NCBI RefSeq assembly: GCF_004010195.1
Contig: NC_057749.1
Location: forward strand, 24,760,979 to 24,824,978
DNA length: 64,000 nucleotides
Source: Chiloscyllium plagiosum
Taxonomy: Eukaryota
Reading direction: 5' to 3'
A model generated the notes under the pieces. The model searched no databases. It worked only from the letters and a program-made list of their open reading frames with translations, and had not been told where the DNA came from. This document shows, piece after piece, positions 50,226 through 62,859 of the stretch (position 1 is the first letter of the stretch; each line of letters begins with the position of its first letter). Both the position numbers and the translations under genes were made by a program.

Positions 50226-50360
50226 AGTGCTTCGCCCAGAGGCCCACTGAAAATGTTACCTAGTAGACTGATGAAACGTCTGGAAATAAACCTTTCAGTT
50301 CAGTGAGCAAACCTACATCCAGAACCTCAACCTGAGCTACAAAGCTTCTCAAAACTCGCT
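50226..50360 (+). mobile_element. Penelope-like terminus with decayed hammerhead
   Basis: CCA-CTGAAAA-TGTTACC...GAAACGTC-TGG at 50244-50283, resembles the 19603 motif. Confidence 0.55.
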
Positions 50361-51252
50361 GTGGAATGAACTTCCTGAGGAAGTGGTGAATGTGGGCACA
50401 GTTACAACGTTTAAAAGACATTTGGTAAGTACATGAATAGGAAAGGTTTGGAGGGATATGGGCCAAGTGTAGACTAGTGGGACTAGTTTAGTTTGGGATT
50501 ATGGTCGACATGGACTGGTTGTCATGAATCTTGGAGTTCAGGTGCATGGTTCTCTGACAGTGGAGTTATAAGTAGACAGGACAGTGAAGGAGGCTTTTGG
50601 CACATTGGCCTTTATCTCTCAGGGTATTGAGTATCGAAGTTGGGAAATTATGTAACAGTTATACAAGATGTTGGGGAGGCTGCATTTGGAGTATTGTATC
50701 AGTGTTGGTCACCTTGCTATAAGAAGGATGTTATTAAACTGGAAAGAGTACAGAACAAATTTGCCTGGACTCAATGGTCTGAGTTATAGGGAGAGGTTGG
50801 ACAAGCTAGGACGTTTTTCTTTAAAGTGTAGAAGACTGAGGGAGGACCTTATTGAGGTGTATAAGATCATGAGAGGTATAGATAGAGTGAATGCACTTAG
50901 TCTTTTTCCCAGGGTTGGGGAATCGAGGACTAGAGGACATTAGTTTAAGATTAGAGGGGAAAGAATAAAAGGGAACCTGAGGGGCAACAGAGGGTGTAAC
51001 GCAAATGGAATAAGCTGCCAGTGGAAGTGGTTGAGGCGGGTACATTAACAATGTTTAAAAGGCATTTGGACAAATACTTGCTTAGGAATGGGTAAGAAGG
51101 ATGCGGGGCAAGTGCAGGGAAATGGTGTTAGCATGGATGGACGTTTTGGTCAGTATGGGCCAGTTTGGGCTAAAGGGGCTGTCTCTGTGCTATAGGACTC
51201 TATGACTGGTTGGACTGAAGGGTTTGTTCCTGTGCTATATAACTCTGACTCT
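50360..51252 (+). mobile_element. Two nested CR1 3' fragments
   Basis: Outer tail interrupted at ~50521 and resumed at ~51205. Confidence 0.82.
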
Positions 51253-51805
51253 GTGGTGGGGAGGTTCAGTCATTTTGACTCAACAGTGGCTGCATTTGTT
51301 TGACAACAGGATATCCATTTGTATTTCACCTTTCTGACAGAAATGATAGTAATCTCAGGTGACTTCATGTGGTAGTAATCTCAGGTAGCCTCAGTCTGCA
51401 GTTGCTACAGGGAGCATGGGAAGGGATTGGTCTGATTCTGAAATTGGGGAGGGAGGGTTGAGGGGTGGCTTGGGGGAGGAGGCAGGGGGAGGTAGTTGTC
51501 AAACCCTAGCTAGAGTGTATGACTTTTACATGGGGGGATTGGGGTCAAAGGAAACTCAAGCACCAAAGTTGTGGACTCCCTTTCTGCTTGGCCCATAAGC
51601 AGTGCTGTCAAGCACTTAGCTTTTACCCAACAGCCTCTCTGCTTCCCTTGAGCTGCCGCATTTCCTCAGACCAGGGCAACTCAAATGACAGACTAAAATC
51701 TGAAAGAAGGAAGCTACTGGCCTCATTAAAATTATAAACCCGGCTCCTGGGGGTGAACATGTCTCCCAATGTCATAAACCCAATCGTCAACCAAATGATG
51801 GAGGA

Positions 51806-52131
51806 GAGGCATGGTGGCTCAGTGATTAGCACTGCTGTCTCACAGAGCCAGGGACCCAGGTTCAATTCCTGCCTCGGGCAACTGTCCGTGTGGAATTTGC
51901 ACATTCTCCCCGTGTCTGCATGGGTTTCCTCCGGGTGCTCCAGTTTCCTCCCACAGCCCAAAGATGTGTAGGTTTGGTGAATTGGCCATGCTAAATTTCC
52001 TGTAATGTTAGGCGCATTAGTCAGGGGTAAATGTAGGGAAATGGGTCTGGGTGAGTTGCTCTTCGGAGGGTCTGTGTGGACTTGTTGGGCCGAAGGGACT
52101 GTTTCCACACTGTAGGGAATCTAGTCTAATC
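51806..52131 (+). mobile_element. HE1-type SINE
   Basis: Full head, V-domain and tail. Confidence 0.9.
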
Positions 52132-52364
52132 AGGCATGGCTATTTCGAGAAGTCCAAGCAGGACGTCACTCTGTGTTTGCCACATCAGATTGCAGGAGGT
52201 GAGCCCAGAGGACAATTGCAATGAAATTAAGAGAAAGTTTGGGATAGTGACAATATTTCTCATCGTCTGACCTCTCCCCGTGCTGCGAGTTCAGAACAAT
52301 TGCTTGTCCTCTATTTCTGCAGTGGAATGAGAAGATGTAAGATGAGCTTTCATTTGTTGTGGTA

Positions 52365-52500
52365 GGAGAAAGTGAGGACTGCAGATGTTGGAGATCGGAG
52401 TTGAGAGTGTGGTGCTGGAAAAGCACAGCAGGTCAGACAGCATCCGAAGAGCCCTGGGTTTATGTCCGAAACGTCGATTCTCCTGTTCTGCGGATGCTCA
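52365..52500. mobile_element. Penelope-like fold-back remnant (family A)
   Basis: GGAGAAAGTGAGGACTGCAGATG arm and partial CCGAAACGTCGATTCTCC arm. Confidence 0.75.
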
Positions 52501-52729
52501 TTTATTATCACCTTTATACATAAAGGCTTTGGCTGAGATATTTCAGGGACTGGAGAGGGAATGGGGCCAGAAATCCCAAACATTCTGGGAAGGTGAAGAT
52601 CCTGGGAAGTTTGAACGGCAGGGATTGTGTTGTGGGACAGAGACCAAAAAGGAAGCTGGCTGAATCCACTGCATAGAATATTCTAGTGTAAAAGGTCTCC
52701 ATTCTACTAAATAAAAACGGAAAGACATG

Positions 52730-52915
52730 CGGATGCTGTCAATCAGAAACAAAATTGAAGTTGCTGGAAAAGCTCAGCAGGTCTGGCAGCATTTGTTAAC
52801 AGAAATCAGAGTGAACGTTTCAGGTGCAGTGTCTCAACAAAGGTCGCTGGACCCGAAACGTTAACTTTGATTTCGCTTCACAGATGCTGCCAGATCTGCT
52901 GAGCTTTTCCAGCAC
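52730..52915. mobile_element. Penelope-like fold-back insertion (family B)
   Basis: GCTGGAAAAGCTCAGCAG / CTGCTGAGCTTTTCCAGC inverted arms; GACCCGAAACGTT. Confidence 0.8.
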
Positions 52916-53109
52916 AGACTATTTTGGTCTCTGTTCATTTGGTCAGAAGGCAGAGAGCCAGGATGCTAGAACAAGTATCCAGTCAGCTGTGTATACACTG
53001 TAACTGGTATCTGAGTAAGTAAGCATCCAGACAATATATGTCAGTCTGAGATATCATGTTCATGTACATAGCTGTTACTAAACTTCCAGACATCTAACTC
53101 AATACTCAG

Positions 53110-53845
53110 ACATCATGTTGAGGTTGTACAGGATGTTGGTGAGGTCTCTTCTGGAGAACTGTGTCCAGTTCTGTTCACCCTGTTACAGGAAGGATATTAT
53201 TAAACTGGAGAGAGTTCAGAAAAGATTTACCAGGTTGTTGCTGGAAATGGACGGTTAATATTGCGTGCAATTCTGGTCTCCTTTCTATCAGAAGGATGTT
53301 GTGAAATTTGAAAGAGTTCAGAAAAGATTTACAAGGACATTACCAGGGTTGGAGGATTTGAGCTATAGGGAGAGGCTGGATAGTCTGGGGCTGTTTTCCC
53401 AGAAGTGTCAGAGGTTGAGGGGTGACCTTATAGAGGTTTATAAAATCATGGGGGGCATGGATAGGATAAATAGACAAAGTCTCTTTCCTGGGGTGGGGGA
53501 GTCCAGAACTAGAGGGCATAGGTTTAGGATGAGAGGGGAAAGATATAAAAGAGACTAAGGGACAACTTTTTCACGCAGAAGGTGATATGTGTATGGAATG
53601 AGCTGCCAGAGGAAGTGGTGGAGGCTGGTACAATTGCAACATTTAAAAGACATCTGAATGGGTATATGAATAGGGAGGGTTTGGAGGGATATGGGCCGGA
53701 TGCTGGCAGGTGGGACTAGATTGGGTTGGGATATCTGGTCGGCATGGACAGGTTGGACCGAAGGGTCTGCTTCCGTGCTGTACATCTGTATGACTCTATG
53801 ACTCTAGGATAGGCTGGGACTTTTTTCATTGGATCATAGGAAGCG
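53110..53845 (+). mobile_element. Nested CR1 3' fragments
   Basis: ORF 53265 QFWSPFYQKDVVKFERVQKRFTR. Confidence 0.9.
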
Positions 53846-54167
53846 GATGGGTCCCTTTTTAAATCTTTCTCCTCTCACCGTAAAACATGCCCCCTAATTT
53901 TGAACTCCCTCACCTTAGGGATAAGACCTCCTGTCCAACCAGTCGTAACTTCACTCCCAGACACCTGGGTTTACAAACCTGGTGACTTGCTCAGAATTGA
54001 CGGTGGTTTGGATGCTCTGAGTGAGGGCTGTTAGAGTCAGAGTTGTGTGATGAGACTTACGAGACACAGCCAGGAGGAAAAATGAGGAGAAGACATATTT
54101 GGCAGGAGGAAGAAGGGAGGAATGTTGAAAAGCGAAGAAAAAATATATATGAAAAAGCAGAAGAAAA

Positions 54168-54735
54168 GTATACAAAACCCTTTGTTAGGCCCCATTTGGA
54201 GTATTGTGTACAGTTTTGGTCGCCACACTACCAGAAGGACATGGAAGCTTTCGAGAGTGCACAGAGAAGATTCACCAGGATGCTGCCTGGTGTCTAGAGC
54301 ATTGGCCTATGGGGATAGACTGGGATTGGCTATGGGGATAGACTAGGATTGTTTTTACTGGAGAGATGGCGGCTGAGAGGAGACCTGATGGAGATCTACA
54401 CAACTGTGAGAGGCGTAGACAGGGAGGATGGTTAGAGACTTTTTCCCCAGGGTTGAAGTTTCAATGACAAGGGGGCACAGGGTTCAAGGTGAAAGGGGGA
54501 AAGTTTAAGGGAGATGTGTGAGAGACGTTTTCACGCAGAGAGTGAGAAGAGCCTGGAATCCACTGCCAGAAGAGGTGGTGGAAACAGGAATGTTGGCGAC
54601 ATTAAAGAGGCATCTGGATGGTTACATGAATAAGGAGGGAAGCGAGGGATACAGACCAAATAAGGGCAGAAGGTTTTGTTTTAGTTTAGTTAGGGCATGA
54701 TGATCGACACAGGCTCAGGAAGGCCGAAGGGCTTC
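54168..54735 (+). mobile_element. CR1 3' fragment
   Basis: VRPHLEYCVQFWSPHY...RRFTRMLPG. Confidence 0.88.
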
Positions 54736-55339
54736 CTGTCTTTCATTCAAAACAAATATATTAGTCCTGGTAAAGAAATAGAGCCGAGAAAGGTGTGTGG
54801 AATTTAAAATCACCAGCGTGAGAGTGAGGGGAAGGGCTTGGGAGATGGAGGTTGGTTGGAATGTGAAATGTCCTACCAGAGACCTCAATGGAAGCAGAAC
54901 TGGTGACGGTTTTTTTAAAAAAGGAAAGTTGATAAGTAAGTGAAAAAGACAGCATGATATCGTTTCTCTCAGGAAAGGGCAAGGGAATGTGACAAAATGG
55001 TTTGCTCATTCAGAGAGCTGATGGGGGCCTCCTGATGTGTAACAACATTCCAGAATGAAAAGTAGAGATAAGTCTTTTATTAGACATGGCTGTGTTATCT
55101 GTACTGAAGCATTTCCACGATGATTAACAGTCAATGGAGAAGGATGGTGACGTCTGCATTCTGTGGTGAAAGCCATCTTTATATCCTCTGATTAAGGATA
55201 TTCGTTTTGTATGGCAGTGGGAGTTGTTATTTTTGAAATCCCACAGCCAAACAGTAAGGGTTAGAGGCAGAATTAAGGAGGAACACAGAATAGAGCATCC
55301 TGTCTGTTCTTACCTCAGAAATAAGAGCAGGAGTGAAAG

Positions 55340-55690
55340 ATAGAAGCTTATAAAATTGTGAGGGGTATAGTTAGGGTTACGGTAGTTTTCTTTTTCCCAA
55401 GATAAGGGATTTCAAGACCAGGGGGGCACATTTTTAGGATGAGAGGAGAGAGATTCAAAAACGACACAAGCTGCACATTTTTTACACATGTATGGAATGA
55501 AATTGCTGAGGAAGTGATGGATGTGGGTACAATTGTAACATTTAACAGACATTTTAGATTAGTGCACGAATAGGAAAGGTTTGAAGGGATACGGACCAGG
55601 AGCAGGCAGGTGGAGGGACTAGTTTAGTTTGGGATTGTGTTATGGGCTGGTTGGACCGAAGGGTCTGTTTCTGCACTGTATGACTTTATG
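55340..55690 (+). mobile_element. CR1 3' fragment
   Basis: Decayed 3' ORF and tail. Confidence 0.8.
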
Positions 55691-55721
55691 ATTCTGCCTG
55701 TTGAGCCCACTCCACATTTAA

Positions 55722-55859
55722 GTCCAGAACGTGGTGCTGGAAAAGCACAGCAAATGCCCGAAATGTCAATTCTCCTGCTCCCCGGATGCTTTCTGACCTG
55801 CTGTGCTTTCCTAGCTCTGGATTCTGAGCTCCAGCATCTGCAGTCCTCACTCTCTCCTC
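55722..55859. mobile_element. Penelope-like fold-back remnant (family A)
   Basis: TSD CTCCACATTTAA at 55710-55721 and 55860-55871. Confidence 0.8.
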
Positions 55860-56639
55860 CTCCACATTTAACATGATCACGGCTGATGTTCACCTCAAAC
55901 TCCACTCTTCTTGTCTCTAGGTTTCGAGCCAAGAAAACATCGAGTCAGAGATAGGAATGCTAGCCACTTAACCACAGCATCACTCCTGCAACGATCTGAT
56001 AAGGAGTCTTTCTCTTCCCTTGTCTGTAAGTGCTAATCTCGAGAATCATGTTCAAATCTTGGATAAGTTGCGAGCTTCATCGAGTGGCAGGAAAAACGTG
56101 TAGATGACCATTTATCCATGACAAAAAGGCTGTGATGAAATCACAGGCCCTTTGGCTAAGAATGAATTGTCTGCTTTAATGACCCCAATGTTTCTTGTTG
56201 AATACTAGACCCCAGTATCACTGAATCATCCTGAACAGCAACCCTGTTACCTACATCAAACTCTCGCCTTAACATATCCACAAACCAGGCCTGGCTTTGA
56301 TATGAGATTAACGTGCCAAGGATCAAAGGTTAGTGGCAGCTTTGTTCACCAGCACATGATTGTGAGGCCCACATATTGCTGTGACATCTCAGTCAGACAC
56401 CCGATGACATGGAATGCTGAGAAGCTGTTGGAATTTCAATTGGGTAACGTGATGTTTCATTTAGCATTAAGTTCTGCGAACATGGGGAGTTTTTTTCACA
56501 CAATCATAATACCAGCTAATTGCCAGCTGTCTGTACCATATCTGCGTTTGCCCGTCACCCCTGCGCTCACTGACCTATGTTGGCGTCATCCCTGGCCATT
56601 TGAGATTCTCTTTTTTTTTTGTTTCACCAAATTCCTCTT

Positions 56640-57020
56640 CTGTCAACTGTGCAAACGCTCTCATCACATGGTTGTGGGTTCAAGTCCCCCCAGAAGTGTC
56701 CTCAGCACAAATTTCCTGACTGACGTTTTCCCATCTCACCACTGACGAGGTGCTGCACTGTTGGAGGTATGTACCAGCTTTTGGATTGGAGGTTGAACTG
56801 AGACATCCTGAGATCAATGGGAAAGATCCCATGGGGTAATATCGAGTAAGAGACTTATATTGTCCTCTCAGTCAAGTGAAGCAGATTCTCTGGTCATTAT
56901 TACATCCGTGAGAGTTTGCCAATGGTCAAACCATTGTTGTATTTCCTACATTGCCTGATCATCTATGTTTCTAATTGGTTTTAAATCCTTGTGGTTATCC
57001 ATTGTTGTGAAAAAAAGCTA
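56640..57020 (+). mobile_element. DeuSINE (SacSINE1-like), degenerate
   Basis: GGTTCAAGTCCC B box, GTGCTGCACTGTTGGAGG, AAAGATCCCATGG, CTGGTCATTAT. Confidence 0.65.
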
Positions 57021-57276
57021 CCTGCTCACAAGGTCTGGTGTTTGGGGTAGCCAGGGATGGCTTAATTGAAACTTGTAGATATTATTAATCACCCTGTTCA
57101 GGGACATTATCGCACACCTCTGGAGCAGGCGGGTCTTGAACCCAGGACTCCTGGCTCAGAGGTAGGGACACTACCACCATGCAACAAAAGCTTGAGCAGT
57201 GTTGACCAGGTGCATATGGAAAGGACAATCTCCCTCTTGTATTTAAATCTAGAAGAGAATCTAGAACAAGGGTTTA

Positions 57277-57840
57277 GAGTCATAGAGTCAGGGCGATGTC
57301 CAGCACAGTAACAGACCTTTTGGTCCACCTCATCCATACTGACCAGATACCCTAACCTAATCTAGTCCCACTTTCTAGCACTTTGCCCATTTCCCTCTAA
57401 ACCCCTCCTATTCATGTACCCATCCAGATGTCTTTTAAATGTTATAATTGTACCAGCCTCCACCACTTCCTCTGGCAGCCCATTCCACACACACACCACC
57501 CCCTGCGTGAAAGATTTCCCCCTTAGGTCTCTTTTATATCTTTCCCCTCTCACTCTAAACCTATGCCCTTTAATTCTGGACTCCCCCACCCCAGGGAAAA
57601 GACTTTGCCTATTTACCCTATCCGTGCTCCTCATGATTTTATAAACCCCAATGAGGTCACCCCTCAGCGTCCGGCGCTCCAAACTATTCAGCCTCCAACC
57701 TCAACTGAGCCAACCAATAGCTCAAACCCTCCAACCCTGGCAACATCCTTGTAAATCGTTTCTGAACCCTTTCAAGTTTCACAACATCCTTCCGATAGGA
57801 AGGGGACCAGTATTGCATGCAATATTCCAAAAGTGGCCTA
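57277..57840 (-). mobile_element. CR1 (HER1-like) 3' fragment
   Basis: Minus ORF 57362..57682 LRGDLIGVYKIM...WNGLPEEVVEAG. Confidence 0.9.
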
Positions 57841-58259
57841 ATCTACTGTTTTGAAAATAAGATGTTGCCAATTTAAGACAGGAAAAAGTGAATTTCTCTC
57901 AGAGAGTTGGGAGTCTTTGGAATCCTCTTCCTGAAAAGGCAGTACAGGCAAAATCTTCAAGGTAGAGGTAGATAGTTTCTTGATTACTTCCAGGTTGAAT
58001 GCTTACTGGGGTTTGGGGCGGGGGGGGTGGGGGGTGGTGGGCATGCAAGAATGGAGAGCTGAGATTGCAATCAGATCAGCCATGACCTTACTGGGTGGCA
58101 TAGCAGACTCAAAAGGCCGAATGGCCTACTCTTATTCCTGCGCTGGTGAAGTTTTATTTTATCCTTCTCAAAAAGGGCTCTCCCTTACTCTGAACTGAAA
58201 CCAGCATGTTCATTCTTAAAGATGAGAGACTTAACAAACAATCCTGGTCTTTTTCAATA

Positions 58260-58455
58260 TATAATTTCAATTACCTCACACTGTAACCTTTTGCTATAAA
58301 TTCTGTGTCTTACAATCTTATACTCCATAACCACCTGATGAAGGAGCAGCGCTCCGAAAGCTAGTGCTTCCAAATAAACCTGTTGGACTATAATCTAGTG
58401 TTGTGTGATTTTTAACTTTGTCCACCCCCATCCAACACCAGCATCTCCATGTCAT
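58260..58455 (+). mobile_element. Penelope-like terminus (family D)
   Basis: Carries a hammerhead motif; PLE assignment inferred from motif architecture only. Confidence 0.65.
58332..58366 (+). ncRNA. Minimal type I hammerhead ribozyme motif (family D)
   Basis: CAC-CTGATGA-A-GGAGC AGC GCTCC-GAAAG-CTA-GTG; helix I CAC/GTG. Confidence 0.75.
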
Positions 58456-58972
58456 GTCTCCCTTTCTCGTTAGCTTCTTTCAGCTCTGTGGCTCATCCGC
58501 ATTCCTCTTGTAGTGGCCTTTTGAGCATTCCCAAAACCTTGAGTTTCTTACGTCCTAATCTCTGCAATTCTCTCACTAAACCATTCGACATCTTTACCTG
58601 CCTCTTTGACTGAGCTTTTGGTCATCTGTTCGAATGTCTCTTTCTGTGGTAGGGGTGTCAACGTTTGCAGCTGTGCAGCCTCTTGGGATTTTTAACTGCT
58701 TGCAATTTTACTATTTATTCAGCAAGTGCGTAGTCACAGAGCCAAGCAATAGCCTTGTTGGTAACCAACTGGGATTCTTTAATCCCCCCCCCATTACAGG
58801 CGGTCAGTGGATTCTCCTCAACAATGTGCCTCATTGTTTGGACTGCACCACACCTGCAGCCTGGGTGGTTTTAGAAACCACAGTCACACTGATCGGCTGC
58901 ACAGAGTCCTCGGCCAGATAGGGAATAGTTCATAATGACCTATACTCAGACTGCCCATAACACAGGGAGCGT

Positions 58973-59101
58973 GGAGTGAAGAGCAGAGGGACAGTACAGA
59001 GTGAAGGGGATAGTGATAGTAGGAGTGAAGGAGAGAATGGCAGTATGGAGTGAAGGGGAGAATGATAGTAGGAGTGAAGGGGAGAATGGCAGTATGGAGT
59101 G
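58973..59101. repeat. 24-25 bp purine-rich minisatellite x~5
   Basis: GGAGTGAAGGGGAGAATGGCAGTAT-like units. Confidence 0.85.
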
Positions 59102-59616
59102 CATTTCAAAGACATTTAACAACGTGATTGACGTGTCAATCAAACAGTAAACATACAATCTTCTGTGGCGATAATGACAGGTCATAAAAAAGAGCCACTC
59201 TTTAATAACGTTACAATTAGAGCCCTTTAGATTTTGTCAACAAACAAATATTGAAAATATGAGACCAGTTTTTAACCCTCACAGACAATGGCAGGCAGTT
59301 TCATTCCAAATTCTAAAGGGCCAGACATTCAATTAAGTGTGACAGTTCTACAGACCTCACCCACACTTAGGGATCACTCACCATTTCTCTAAAGGTTTGT
59401 ATCTGCCGCACTGCCCATTAAGACCCTTGCTCCAGTGAAAATGGGCTGAGTTTGAACTCAGCACCATGCTCCAATGGCCTTCCTGAGGTTTATTCCTGAA
59501 ATATGGGCGTCATATCTCTTTCCCATTTCTCCATGTCTTCACCCCAGTAGAAATAGGATCTGTCAGATGTGGGCAGTTCTGAATCCAGATCCCCACTGCC
59601 ATTTTAGAAGCTCTCC

Positions 59617-59920
59617 AGAATCATGGAATCTCTACAGTGTGGAAGCAGGTCAGTCAGCCCATCAAGTCCACACCAAATCTCAAAAGGGCATCCGGCCCAA
59701 TCATCCCGCATTTCCCATGGCCAATCCACCCTAATCTGCACATCTTTGGACTGTGGGAATCCACCCTAATCTGCACATCTTTGGACTGTGGGAGGAAACC
59801 AGAGCACCCGGAGGAAATCCACGCAGATGCGGGGAGAATGTGCAAACTCCACAGACAGTCACCCAAGGCTGGAATCGAACCTGGCGCTGTGAGGCAGCAG
59901 TGCTAACCACTGAGAGCCAT
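59617..59920 (-). mobile_element. HE1-type SINE with 35-bp internal duplication
   Basis: ATCCACCCTAATCTGCACATCTTTGGACTGTGGGA occurs twice. Confidence 0.88.
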
Positions 59921-60872
59921 CCATGTTTGCTTCCACGAAAATCCAACCCAAAATGTCTTGAATATTAAACATTTCCAAAAAATACCTACACTTACAAGTT
60001 CTTTTGTCCCCTTCAAGCTTTATTCTCACACTCACATTTTAGTTTATTGTTTTGTGTAAAAATAGTGGAACGATGTGTTCATTTACAAGGCAATATCCTA
60101 CTGCCTTTCTGTGTTTGGAAGTCACTAACTCTGTATGAGAGTACTGCGAAATGTTCACTTTCAGCAAAACACCTTATCTTTGTTAAATTGTTCCTTCCTT
60201 CGTGTGCAGAGATGATTGGCAATGTGAAAAATGCAACATTATCAGCGTGTCCCCACCAGTTTGATTTTAAACTGCTTTGTATCATTCCTGGTTTCAATTT
60301 TGTAAAGTTTGCTGTAGCTAACCCTAATGGAATGAACACAGATAAGGAATGTCAACAGCATATTTTCTGAAGGCTAAAATGTAGAACCCTTTGCAAGAGT
60401 AATACTGAATCGTGGGGTGGATTTAGACTGCAACAGGAAATAATCTGCATTAGTATAACATCCTTAGGATGTCCCAAAGCAATTTATAATCAATTAACTG
60501 CTTTGGAAATACAGTCTTAATTTACGTGTCAATTTCAGTCTAGACTCTGCTCAATTCCATGTGGTAGGTTTAGGGGGAAGTGACAGTGGCAAAGACACCA
60601 GTGCCAATCTAAAGTTCAAATGCAGCGATGTTGGGTTCAGCTCCTGGAAGCCAAAGTCTTATGGTATTTAAGTGACATTTTATGCTTCAGTTTTGTCAGT
60701 GGGCCTCAGGAAAGCCAGGCAACCAGCTGCTGTATCCAACAGTGGAGTTCTTTTCCAGCAATGCGTGTGCGCCAAGAGAAGGGGGGAATGTTATCCATCA
60801 ACCTCGTGAACAAACAGGTTAAGATCTGCCTTCCTCCCTCATTCATCAGACCCCATAACCATGGCCTATTCG

Positions 60873-61207
60873 AATTAGAATCCCTACAGTGTGGAAACAG
60901 GCTCTTCAGCCCAACAAGTCCACATACAGAACCTCCAAAGAGTAATCCACTCTGACCTATTTCCCCTACCCTATATTTACCCCTGACTAATGCACCTACA
61001 CGTCCCTGGACACTATTTAGTAATTTAGCCTGGCCAAACCTGCATATCTTTGGATTGTGGGAGGAAACCGGAGCACCGGGGGAAACCCACGCAGACACTG
61101 GGAGAATGTGCAAACTACACACAGACTGTCACCAGAGGCTGGAATCAAACCCAGGTCCCTGGCGCTGTGAGGCAATGGTGCTAACCACTGAGCCACCGTG
61201 CTGCCCA
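60873..61207 (-). mobile_element. HE1-type SINE
   Basis: Full reverse-complement body. Confidence 0.9.
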
Positions 61208-61224
61208 CATAAAGGGAGATTTCT

Positions 61225-61578
61225 AAAATCATGAGGGGCATGGATAGGATGAATAGCCAAAGTCTTTTCCCCAGGGTAGGGGAGTCCAAATCTAGACGGC
61301 ATAGGTTCAAGGTGAGAGGGGAAAGATTTCAAAGGCACCTAAGGGGCAACGTTTTCACGCAGAGGGTGTGTATGAAAAGAGCTGCCAGAGGAAGTGGTGG
61401 AGGCCGGTACAATTACAACATTTAAAAGGCATCTGGATGGGTTTATGAATAGGAAGGGTTTGGAGGGATATGGGCCAGGTGCTGGCAGATGGGACTGGAT
61501 TGGGTTGGGATATCTGGTCGGCATGGATGGGTTGGACCAAAGGGTCTGTTTCCATGCTGTTCATCTCTATGACTCTAA
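61225..61578 (+). mobile_element. CR1 (HER1-like) 3' end
   Basis: IMRGMDR...FKRHLDG; CTATGACT tail. Confidence 0.9.
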
Positions 61579-61706
61579 TTGATGGACGATGATACAGGAA
61601 CCAACCTTTCGTCAGTCTAATACTATTTAAAAAGTGTAACATTTCAATCAAGTTCCCTATCTAACTGAACCATGCAGCAATTGTCTCTTTTAATGCTGAA
61701 CACAAA

Positions 61707-62325
61707 TCATAGAATAGAATCCCTACAATGCAGAAAGAAACCATTCAGCCCATTGAATCTGCACTGACCCTCAGAAGAGCTTCCCACCAAGACCCAACCC
61801 TCTACACTATCTCTATAACCCCACATTTCCCATGGCTAACCCACTTAGCCTGCACAATTCTGGATGGTGTGGGCAATTGACCGTGGCCAATCCATCTGAC
61901 CTGTACATCTTTGGTCTGTGGGAGGAAACCGGAGCACCCGGAGCAAACCCATGCAGACACAGGGAGAATAGATTAGAATATCCTTTATTGTCACATATAC
62001 TCAAGTACAGATGTACAGGCATACAGCGAAAAGTTTTACAATGTCGCCCCTTACAAGTACCGAGATAAGAATCTTACATACAAAAAGAGGAATCAAAAAG
62101 AAAAGCAGTTGCATTATTTTACAGTAATTCTTAGAATGAGTTGGAAATAGACATAGTCAAAAGGACAGTCATTACAGGCATATTAACCAATTACACATAA
62201 ACATTACATTGGGATACCTGACTTCCAACAAGGAGAACCTGCAAACTCCACACAGACAGTTGCCTGAGGCTGGAATTGAACTTGGATTCCTGGTGCTCTG
62301 AGGCAGCAGTGCTAACTGCTGATCC
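61707..62325 (-). mobile_element. HE1-type SINE split by a LINE-tail-like insert (~61968-62230)
   Basis: Body stops at CAGGGAGAA and resumes at AGGAGAACCTGCAAACTCC. Confidence 0.75.
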
Positions 62326-62859
62326 CCTCCTTTAGCCCATTTGCCATTCACCCTGAATGTAACTAAACAAAGTTCATATGTGATAAACGTAGCCTCCTAG
62401 CAGTTGATCTTCACTCAAACAAATTCACCCCTTATCCATCTCTGGTCACATTGACATTTAAACAAAAAATCTTTATTCTTTCTTGGGATGTGAGCATCAC
62501 TAGCAAGGTCAACATTTTCTGCCCAACCCTAATTGCCCTGAACTGATCAGCTTCATTTCGGAGGGCACTTTAAGTGGCAACCATGTTGGTGAGGGTCTGG
62601 AGTCCATGTAGGCCAGACCAGGAATGGAAGGGACGTTTCCTCTGTAAAGGATCTTATTGAACCAGATGCGTCTTCATGACAATTGATGATGGTTTCATTG
62701 AAATAAACATTGAATTAAGCTTCCACTCACGGTCATGATGGGCTTGAATCCATAACTTCAGAGCACTAGGTTGGGCCTGAGGATTGTTAGCTTAGTTATG
62801 CTACCACTATACGACCATCTCCCCAAATCCCACAATCCCACATCTCCCACCAAGGCACA

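Noticed and set aside
54043..54297. 84-aa charged ORF
   Set aside because: Low-complexity purine tract fused to a CR1 fragment
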